Source of the DNA: an uncultured Bacilli bacterium
Lineage (GTDB): Bacteria > Bacillota_I > Bacilli_A > RF39 > UBA660
Assembly: GCA_947588975.1 (NCBI GenBank)
Contig: CANQAF010000012.1
Location: 1-23,287 of the forward strand
DNA: 23,287 nt
Reading direction: 5' to 3'
Shown here piece after piece: positions 7,223 through 13,575 of this stretch (positions within the stretch are counted from its first letter, which is position 1; each line of letters opens with the position of its first letter). A model generated the notes under the pieces. The model was not told where the DNA came from. It made no database searches and saw only the letters and a list, made by a program, of their open reading frames with translations. A program made the position numbers and the translations under genes.

Positions 7223-7924
7223 ATGAGGAAATACAATTTAGCATTAAATGATATAACTTCTAATTATTTTCATTTTACTAAAGAAAATAATCTAAAATCT
7301 ATTTCCGAAAAAGGGTTATTACCCAAAATTTCATTTCATGCTCAATCCCTTGAAGATACTAAAAAAGTGTTTTTTGTTCAAGGACTAGATAATTTATTAG
7401 TTTTGTTTGATTGTTGGATAAATGTTTGTGAAAAATATCCTTTATTTCCTGGAATGTTTAATTTAGGAACTAAAATTATGAAATATAAATGGTTTCCTAA
7501 AAAAATTATAAATGGGTATTTTAAATATACAGAATATAATAAAATACACAGATTTGTATCCTATAAATATTTTGATAGGTTCTTAAAAAAATATGTATTA
7601 TTAAATTTAGAAATTGAAGAAAAAAAAGATTTTGATTTTAACGATATTGATCAAATTAAATCTAAAGGATATAATAAAGAATACTTAATACAAGGTGGTT
7701 ATTCATTAAAATACTCAGATTTAGAGTCAGTAAAAATGGATAAATGGAATTTACATACTTTTTCTAATCATGGAATTAATGCATCAAAGGTGAAACTTTG
7801 TTATGCAAATAGCTCTAGTAAGATGGTAGATATATTAAATTTTGCACTTAACAATACACATTTAAATATTAAAGATGTTTGTCCAATGCTTTGGAAATAT
7901 CTAAGAAGTAGAAAATTGCTTTAA
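7223..7924 (+). CDS. hypothetical protein, cassette 1. Speculative ADP-ribosyltransferase (DarT/DUF4433-like) motif order
   Basis: Start reassigned to the ATG at 7223, which has SD GGAGG at 7213-7217; the track's TTG at 7181 has none. 233 aa. NYFHFTKENNLKSISEKGLLP sits near the N-terminus, KKVFFVQG at residues 47-54, and NKEYLIQ places E at residue 153. Confidence 0.6.
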   Translation: MRKYNLALNDITSNYFHFTKENNLKSISEKGLLPKISFHAQSLEDTKKVFFVQGLDNLLVLFDCWINVCEKYPLFPGMFNLGTKIMKYKWFPKKIINGYFKYTEYNKIHRFVSYKYFDRFLKKYVLLNLEIEEKKDFDFNDIDQIKSKGYNKEYLIQGGYSLKYSDLESVKMDKWNLHTFSNHGINASKVKLCYANSSSKMVDILNFALNNTHLNIKDVCPMLWKYLRSRKLL

Positions 7925-7931
7925 AAAAGTT

Positions 7932-8070
7932 TTCGTACTTCTTCCTTTAGGGTACCAGATTGGTTGATACTCGGACTTTTATAGTTCGAGTTTTAAAATG
8001 CTTAAATTCATGATATAATTTTTATAGTTTGAATTGATATATTTATCAATTAAGAAAACACACTTCCATT
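7932..8070 (+). repeat. cassette-boundary module copy 2
   Basis: Degenerate tRNA T-loop/acceptor-like TTCGTACTTCTTCCTTTAGGGT, then ACCAGATTG at 7954-7962. Hairpin ACTCGGAC-TTTTATA-GTTCGAGT plus TTTT at 7969-7994. TGATATAAT at 8011-8019. Perfect palindrome AATTGATA-TATT-TATCAATT at 8032-8051. GAAAACA at 8054-8060. By eye, about nine in ten positions match copy 1 from the hairpin onward. Confidence 0.85.
7991..8051 (+). promoter_or_regulatory. cassette 2 promoter plus downstream palindrome
   Basis: T-run/-35-like element, extended -10 TGATATAAT, and a perfect 8-bp-arm inverted repeat 12 nt after the -10. Confidence 0.5.
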
Positions 8071-8192
8071 TTAACAACTAATATGTGTTTTATACTATTA
8101 ACCCTTAATAAACATTGACAAAAATATTAATTTATGATAACTGTTAAAGCAAAGGAAAATATGATAAAATAACATGTAATGAAAGGAGTATT

Positions 8193-8465
8193 ATGATGAT
8201 AATAGAAATTGGAGTGGGAATCGTATGTATTACTCCATTAGCAATACATATAGCTAAAACTAAAAATTGGAAATTTAAAACTAAAAAAGAAATTGATCAA
8301 TTTAGAAAACATAATAATTTTACAACAAATGAAACTTATGTTGATAATGATATGAATCTATCTAAAGCATTATCAAATTTTAGTATGAAAAATAAGGAAA
8401 TGGATAACTCAGAAAATGTTCAAGTAAAAAAGAAAACATTAGGGAAAATAGAGCAAAAAAAATAA
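8193..8465 (+). CDS. hypothetical small membrane protein, cassette 2
   Basis: 90 aa with SD AAAGGAG 6 nt upstream. N-terminal hydrophobic segment MMIIEIGVGIVCITPLAIHIA, followed by a Lys/Asn-rich hydrophilic tail. Confidence 0.55.
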   Translation: MMIIEIGVGIVCITPLAIHIAKTKNWKFKTKKEIDQFRKHNNFTTNETYVDNDMNLSKALSNFSMKNKEMDNSENVQVKKKTLGKIEQKK

Positions 8466-8494
8466 GATGTAAATTTAAAGAGGACTGTAGTCTA

Positions 8495-8633
8495 TACTAC
8501 TTACATTACTTACACCAGATTGATTGATACTCGAACTTTTTATAGTTCGAGTTTTAAAATATTTCAACATATGATAAAATATCATATAGATTCAATTGAT
8601 AAAATTTGTCAATTAAGAAAACATACTTGCAAA
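8495..8633 (+). repeat. cassette-boundary module copy 3
   Basis: CTTACATTACTTA precedes CACCAGATTG (8513-8522), which is identical to the 10 nt spanning the tRNA-Thr 3' end. Hairpin ACTCGAAC-TTTTTATA-GTTCGAGT plus TTTT at 8529-8555. TGATAAAAT at 8572-8580. AATTGATA-AAATT-TGTCAATT at 8594-8614. GAAAACATACTTGCA at 8617-8631. Confidence 0.8.
8552..8614 (+). promoter_or_regulatory. cassette 3 promoter plus downstream palindrome
   Basis: Extended -10 TG-n-TAAAAT. The inverted repeat has a 5-nt spacer and starts 13 nt after the -10. Confidence 0.45.
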
Positions 8634-8679
8634 TTTAGCATGTGACAATATGAATACTGATTATCTAGGAGGTATACAA

Positions 8680-9132
8680 ATGATAATTAGAAAAGCAAAT
8701 TATAATGATGTAAAAATATTAAATAATTTTTTAACGCTTTTAATACAAGATGAAAGACAATATGATTTAGGAATTGATGAAAATTTTATTGTAACTAATA
8801 TGTATGAAAATTATATTGAAGATTCTAATAAATTGATTGCCGTTGCCGAAGAAAATAATGAAATTATAGGTTATTTATATGGAATCATCAAACCAAAGGA
8901 TAATACATATCAATATATAATTGCCAAATTAGATGCATTATATGTTGATAATAATTATCGTAATCAGGGGATCGCTACCTCTTTAATAGAATATTTTAAA
9001 AAATGGGCTATATCAAAGAATGCTCACAAAATAGAAGTAAATGTATGGAGCAATAATATTAAGGCTAAACGCTTATATGAAAAAGCCAATTTCAAAACAA
9101 CAAGTGAAACATTAACTATTGATAATCTGTAA
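8680..9132 (+). CDS. GNAT-family N-acetyltransferase, cassette 3
   Basis: Start reassigned to the ATG at 8680, which has SD GGAGG at 8668-8672. 150 aa. LDALYVDNNYRNQGIATSLIEYFKKWA...NIKAKRLYEKANFK is the acetyl-CoA-binding R/Q-x-x-G-x-A motif A/B region of GNATs. Confidence 0.8.
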   Translation: MIIRKANYNDVKILNNFLTLLIQDERQYDLGIDENFIVTNMYENYIEDSNKLIAVAEENNEIIGYLYGIIKPKDNTYQYIIAKLDALYVDNNYRNQGIATSLIEYFKKWAISKNAHKIEVNVWSNNIKAKRLYEKANFKTTSETLTIDNL

Positions 9133-9140
9133 AATTGTTA

Positions 9141-9279
9141 TACTTCTTCCTTAGCAGGTATCTTAAAAATTGCAAACTCGAACCTTTATAGTTCGAGTTT
9201 TAAAATGAGCTAAATTACACTATAATTTTTCATGTAAATCCAATTGACAATATATGAACTACAAAAACACAATTATATT
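9141..9279 (+). repeat. cassette-boundary module copy 4 (most degenerate, no gene after it)
   Basis: TACTTCTTCCTTAGCAGGTA matches the left flank of copy 2. Hairpin AAACTCGAAC-CTTTATA-GTTCGAGTTT at 9174-9200. TATAAT at 9221-9226. Only one palindrome half, AATTGACA, at 9242-9249. CAAAAACA at 9262-9269. ACCAGATTG is replaced by TCTTAAAAATTG. Confidence 0.7.
9198..9249 (+). promoter_or_regulatory. promoter-like element of module copy 4 (orphan)
   Basis: TATAAT with T-run -35-like spacing, as in copies 1-3, but no downstream SD or ORF on the plus strand. Confidence 0.3.
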
Positions 9280-9579
9280 GTTTTACTCTATTTATTAGGT
9301 TTTACAAATTGCTTTTCTCTTTGTTGTTCGTTCCACTCTTTCTGAAGTTCTGGTATGATGAAAGTATCACCTATAGCATTAGAACATTCTATAATTTGAT
9401 ATGTATCATATTTTGGATCATACTCTTTATACTGTTTTAATAAATCTATGTATGATTTTACTCATATTTTCATTCATATATTCAAATTTTATTTGTGTGC
9501 TCCCTTTCTTTCAAAACAATTATTTATATGACTATATCATATTTGTACAAACGAAACATGTTTTTGTAAGTCAATATAC

Positions 9580-10236
9580 TTATTGAAATGACATGTAATG
9601 AACCCCTAACTTAGAATAAATATCATAGGCTCTTGGTAAATGCAATATTCTAGCAATCAAACAATTGTATATCTCATCCATCAAAAAAATAACACATAGA
9701 ACAATCGTAATCCATAAAAATATTTTAGGATTTATCTTTTTAGCGAGATAAAAACAAATTGGTACTAAACCATACATTAAAATAAGTCCAGAAATTCCAA
9801 AAAATAATACACTTCTTAGACAAACATAACCACCAATATTTCCAAAATTCCATATTTCTTGGTTATAATCCCAACATCGATCTCCAGCCCTAACAATATC
9901 CATAACAAAACCAGTAATAAATTCTAATATACCACATAATAACATACTAATAAAAAACACTTTTAAGGGATTTTTTCTTTTTTTATATGTAGTAAAATAA
10001 ATTGCAAGACTACCATAAGCATAAATATTAATCCATGGTAAAAAATGTCCTCCACGCCAATAAAATTGATTCATTCCCCCATTAATATAATAAAAAATAT
10101 ATTCATATAAAAATCCATAAATTCCAGTAGTAATGATCAATAAACATATGATTCCTAACATTGTCTTTTTATTAAAAGAATGATCATGTTCAATATAATC
10201 TTTATATTTTTCTTTCATATAATCTACTCCATTCAT
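9580..10236 (-). CDS. multi-pass membrane protein, PF06541-like; distant paralogue of 6186-6869
   Basis: 218 aa. Shares the family signature around ...CWDYNQEIWNFGNIGGYVCLRSVLFFG..., compared with ARWWDYSHTKFNINGRICLDTMIPFG in the other copy. Confidence 0.6.
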   Translation of the reverse strand: MNGVDYMKEKYKDYIEHDHSFNKKTMLGIICLLIITTGIYGFLYEYIFYYINGGMNQFYWRGGHFLPWINIYAYGSLAIYFTTYKKRKNPLKVFFISMLLCGILEFITGFVMDIVRAGDRCWDYNQEIWNFGNIGGYVCLRSVLFFGISGLILMYGLVPICFYLAKKINPKIFLWITIVLCVIFLMDEIYNCLIARILHLPRAYDIYSKLGVHYMSFQ

Positions 10237-10361
10237 ATTAATTCTATTATATAATAATCATGAAAAAAAAGAAAATAGTTACTCAAAAATTTTAAACATC
10301 AACATTCAAAAATATGAATTTGTTAAAATTTGTAATATAATGTTTAAAATTGATTTATTCG

Positions 10362-10370
10362 TGTTATAAT
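10362..10370 (+). promoter_or_regulatory. extended -10 (TGTTATAAT) promoter for tRNA-Lys
   Basis: TG-n-TATAAT lies 18 nt before the tRNA 5' end. The -35 is weak. Confidence 0.4.
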
Positions 10371-10388
10371 ATATATGTCATTTGACAT

Positions 10389-10464
10389 GTCCCGTTAGCT
10401 CAGCAGGTAGAGCATTTGACTTTTAATCAAAGGGTCACAGATTCGAATTCTGTACGGGACACCA
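10389..10464 (+). tRNA. tRNA-Lys (anticodon UUU), CCA encoded
   Basis: Acceptor GTCCCGT/ACGGGAC, D arm GCTC-AGCAGGTA-GAGC, anticodon stem TTTGA/TCAAA with loop C-T-TTT-A-A, T arm ACAGA-TTCGAAT-TCTGT. Confidence 0.9.
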
Positions 10465-10474
10465 TAATAAAAAT

Positions 10475-10503
10475 AAAATATTCCTATGATAGGAATATTT
10501 TTT
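10475..10503. terminator. bidirectional terminator between tRNA-Lys and murE
   Basis: AAAATATTCCT-ATGAT-AGGAATATTTT: 11-bp stem with A/T runs on both sides. Confidence 0.65.
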
Positions 10504-11869
10504 ATTGATCACTTGTAAAATTCATAACCTCTTCATAATCAGAAAAATGAATTTTTTCAGTTCCAATAATTTGATATGTTTCATGGCCTTTCCCTAATAT
10601 CAATAAAAGATCATTGTCTTTTAGTTTCTGTAACCCTTTTTCAATTGCTTTTCTTCTATCTATTTCTACTTCATAATTATTTTGGTGAACTCCTTTTAAT
10701 ATATCTTCTATAATTTGATTGGGATCTTCTGTTCTAGGATTATCACTGGTAAAAATGACATAATCACTTTTTTCTACTGCAATATGTCCCATAATTGGTC
10801 TTTTTAAAGGATCTCTATCCCCTCCACAACCTAAAATTGTAATCATTTGACCATTTTTATCTTTCATAAATGACGATAATATTTTATCAACTGCATCTGG
10901 TGTATGTGCATAATCAATGATTACTTCTCCATGTGGAAGTATAATTTGTTCACACCTTCCCTTAGGTGCAACTACTTGAATCGACAAATGAAGAATTGAT
11001 TCTACCGAATAACCTAAACTATGAACTATAGCTAAACTCATTAAAAAATTATATACATTAAATTCACTTCTTAAATTCGTATTTACTTGATATACATGTC
11101 CATCTACCGCAAAATCAATTTGCGTACCCCTATCTAATGATTGATAGTCCAACAAAGTATAATTGACACCCTGATACCCTAAAGATTTACTATTCGCAAT
11201 TAGAAATTGTTTCCCATTTGGATCATCAACATTTGTAATCATGATGCCATCTTTCTTTAATTGTTTCAATATACACAATTTAGATTGTAAATAATGGTTC
11301 ATATCTTTATGATAATCTAAATGATCTTCTGTCAAATTAGTAAATGCTCCCACACAATACTGAAGTCCTTCTACTCTATTTTGATCTAAGGCATGACTGG
11401 AAACTTCCATTACAAGATGCGTACATCCTGAATCAATTGCCTTTAGGCAACACTGATAAACATCTACTAATTGTGGTGTAGTATTTGCTAAAGGTATGAT
11501 TTCATCATTACAATAAAATCCAATTGTTCCCATATAAGCTACTTTTACCCCTAACAATTTTAATATTTGATAAGTTACAAAACAAGTTGTAGTTTTACCG
11601 TTCGTACCTGTAACACCAATTATTTTAAGTTTATTTACTTGATCTTGATAATGACTTACTATATAGTTTTGTAGCCATGTTTTTGTATCTTCTACTACAA
11701 TTGTTTCCACATCATAGTTTCCTTTTTCACAGACAATTTTAGAAGCACCTTTTTGAATTGCTTCTAAAATATAATCATGACCATCTACTGTATAACCTTT
11801 AATCGCAACAAAAGTATCACCTTTTTGAATGGTCCTAGAATCTGTTTTGATTGTTAACAAACGAATCAC
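10502..11869 (-). CDS. murE: UDP-N-acetylmuramoyl-L-alanyl-D-glutamate--2,6-diaminopimelate ligase (MurE)
   Basis: Mur ligase P-loop GVTGTNGKTTT and a C-terminal TSDNPRTEDP. The DNPR motif is typical of meso-DAP-adding MurE. The start is uncertain. The track's GTG at 11869 lies inside an AGGTGA SD-like sequence, so the TTG at 11860 is an equally good start. Confidence 0.85.
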   Translation of the reverse strand: MIRLLTIKTDSRTIQKGDTFVAIKGYTVDGHDYILEAIQKGASKIVCEKGNYDVETIVVEDTKTWLQNYIVSHYQDQVNKLKIIGVTGTNGKTTTCFVTYQILKLLGVKVAYMGTIGFYCNDEIIPLANTTPQLVDVYQCCLKAIDSGCTHLVMEVSSHALDQNRVEGLQYCVGAFTNLTEDHLDYHKDMNHYLQSKLCILKQLKKDGIMITNVDDPNGKQFLIANSKSLGYQGVNYTLLDYQSLDRGTQIDFAVDGHVYQVNTNLRSEFNVYNFLMSLAIVHSLGYSVESILHLSIQVVAPKGRCEQIILPHGEVIIDYAHTPDAVDKILSSFMKDKNGQMITILGCGGDRDPLKRPIMGHIAVEKSDYVIFTSDNPRTEDPNQIIEDILKGVHQNNYEVEIDRRKAIEKGLQKLKDNDLLLILGKGHETYQIIGTEKIHFSDYEEVMNFTSDQ

Positions 11870-11964
11870 CTATTTCTATTCGTTTTATTATATTCATTTA
11901 TTTATAACTGGTGATAACCCACTCATTTTTATGTATTATCCATAAACTATAATTAGGTGATTCT

Positions 11965-12474
11965 ATGCATTTTATTAAGGAACAAATACAAACAATTCGT
12001 AAAAATGACCCTGCTTTACATTCTATTTTAGAAGTATTTTTATACCCTAGTTTTCGTGCCCAAATTTATCATAAAATCGCTAAATTTTTTTATCAAAAGA
12101 AACATTATTTTATTGCTCGATATTTATCCGAGCGCGCAAAACGAAAAACTGGAATTGAAATTCATCCAGGAGCCACCATTGGAAAGAATTTATTTATTGA
12201 TCATGGAACCGGTGTTATTATTGGTGAAACTACTATTATTGGGAATAATGTCATTTTATTTCATGGCGTAACTTTAGGAGGGACTGGAAAAGATAAAGGT
12301 AAAAGACATCCTACTATTGAAGATAATGTATATATAGGATGTGGTGCCAAAATATTAGGAAATATAACAATTGGCCAAAATGTAAAAATTGGTGCGAATG
12401 CAGTTGTATTAAAAAATGTAGAACCAAATACAACCATTGTTGGAATTCCTGGTAAGGAAACAAAAAAGAACTAA
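11965..12474 (+). CDS. cysE: serine O-acetyltransferase
   Basis: 169 aa with SD AGGTGA upstream. [25 protein letters not shown]...[31 protein letters not shown] shows hexapeptide-repeat CysE motifs. Confidence 0.85.
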   Translation: MHFIKEQIQTIRKNDPALHSILEVFLYPSFRAQIYHKIAKFFYQKKHYFIARYLSERAKRKTGIEIHPGATIGKNLFIDHGTGVIIGETTIIGNNVILFHGVTLGGTGKDKGKRHPTIEDNVYIGCGAKILGNITIGQNVKIGANAVVLKNVEPNTTIVGIPGKETKKN

Positions 12475-12486
12475 AAAGTTCTTTTT
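12463..12486. terminator. weak bidirectional hairpin between convergent cysE and the ADH gene
   Basis: AAAAAGAAC-TAAAAA-GTTCTTTTT overlaps the cysE stop. It has only two G-C pairs. Confidence 0.35.
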
Positions 12487-13510
12487 ATTCTTGGTTTGGA
12501 TCTACTAATATTTTAATCACATCAGAAGTTCCTGAAGTAAGTTCTTCATAAGAAGCTTGTACTTGACTAAGTCCTACTATTTTAGATAAAAATTTTAATA
12601 CATCAATTTGTTTATTTGCCATTAAATCAATACAAGTTTTAAATTCATCTTTCGTATAAGCAATAGCGCCTTTAACAGTCAATTCTCTTGTGACAGCAAT
12701 TGCAGTTGGTACTTGAATTGGTCCTAAAGATACACCAACTAAGATAACACTACCACCAGGTTTTACAGCTGATAAAGCCGTACTTACAGCTGGTGCATTT
12801 CCACAACATTCAATTACTTTATCAAATCCATTTGGTATTTTTTGATACATTTTTTCTAAGATATTTTCTTTGGCATCGAACCATTCATCGGCAACTTGTA
12901 AATCTACTGATTTTTGACCACGTGCTGCATTCGTTTCAGATAATGCAACATAGCTTGCTCCTTCACTTTTGGCAAACATAGCTGACACTAATCCAATAAT
13001 TCCGCCACCAATAATCAAAACTTTATCTCCTACTTTAATATCTGCTAAATGAATAGCATGTAATCCAACGGCTGTAGGTTCTACCATAGCTGCTTCTTCA
13101 TCAGATACACTGTCAGGTACTTTTATAATCATATCAGAACGAATTTTCATCTTAGGAGCTAATCCTCCTGGATAGTCTAAAGAAAGGCCTGTTGCATGAT
13201 TCCAAGTCTCTAAACAATATTGTGGATTTCCACTTAAACATGCTGAACAATGGCCACAAGGACTGATTGGTAAAGCTGTAACACGATCTCCAACTTTTAG
13301 GTCTTCACATCCATTGGGATCTAATACAGTACCTACATATTCATGTCCCATGACCATACCAACTGGCGCACCAGCTTCCCAATAATGAATATCTGATCCA
13401 CAGATTCCTGTTTTCTTTACTGCAATGAGTACATCACCATTTTCTAATTTTGGTTCCTCTATATCTTTTATATTTAATTGTTTTGCTGAAGTAATTGCAA
13501 CACATTTCAT
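12485..13510 (-). CDS. zinc-dependent medium-chain alcohol/polyol dehydrogenase (sorbitol or threonine dehydrogenase-like)
   Basis: 341 aa. Catalytic-zinc motifs GICGSDIHYWE and GHEYVGTV, a structural Zn Cys cluster CGHCSACLSGNPQYC, and a Rossmann motif IIGGGIIG. Confidence 0.8.
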   Translation of the reverse strand: MKCVAITSAKQLNIKDIEEPKLENGDVLIAVKKTGICGSDIHYWEAGAPVGMVMGHEYVGTVLDPNGCEDLKVGDRVTALPISPCGHCSACLSGNPQYCLETWNHATGLSLDYPGGLAPKMKIRSDMIIKVPDSVSDEEAAMVEPTAVGLHAIHLADIKVGDKVLIIGGGIIGLVSAMFAKSEGASYVALSETNAARGQKSVDLQVADEWFDAKENILEKMYQKIPNGFDKVIECCGNAPAVSTALSAVKPGGSVILVGVSLGPIQVPTAIAVTRELTVKGAIAYTKDEFKTCIDLMANKQIDVLKFLSKIVGLSQVQASYEELTSGTSDVIKILVDPNQE

Positions 13511-13575
13511 ATGATCATCTCCTATATTTATTATATCATAAACAGATCTTTTCTTACGTAAGATATTTTTTTGCT

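Noticed and set aside
8115-8141. Second promoter inside the cassette 2 leader (TTGACA ... GATAAC)
   Set aside because: The spacer is only 15 nt and the -10 is poor (4/6, no TG), so it is not supportable from sequence alone.
7079-9197. The arms of the module hairpins (CTCGAAC ... GTTCGAG) are identical to LexA Cheo-box half-sites, which might put the cassettes under SOS control
   Set aside because: The half-sites are separated by 7-8 nt instead of the 4 nt required in CGAAC-N4-GTTCG. Copies 1 and 2 read CGGAC. The element sits upstream of the -35, where it works as the preceding gene's terminator. This is most likely coincidental, although a LexA EMSA would settle it.
7062-9279. Four direct repeats, which could suggest a CRISPR array
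   Set aside because: The repeats are 110-140 bp, not 24-48 bp. They are imperfect and 560-890 bp apart, and the intervening sequences are SD-led protein-coding ORFs. No cas genes are present.
7062-9279. Classical integron or CALIN (attC-bounded cassettes)
   Set aside because: There is no intI. Each cassette carries its own promoter. The boundary repeats are direct copies with a tRNA 3'-end core, rather than variable attC sites with R''-L''/L'-R' architecture. I therefore describe the region only as integron-like in organisation.
9401-9586. Plus-strand 61-aa ORF after module copy 4
   Set aside because: It has no SD. The product is low-complexity and hydrophobic/aromatic-rich, typical of AT-rich noise. 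It also runs into the 3' end of the convergent membrane-protein gene.
11870-11964. Possible T-box or riboswitch leader upstream of cysE
   Set aside because: Only about 95 nt separate the divergent murE and cysE starts. That is too short for a T-box or SAM element once promoters are accommodated, and no conserved specifier or terminator-antiterminator structure is visible.
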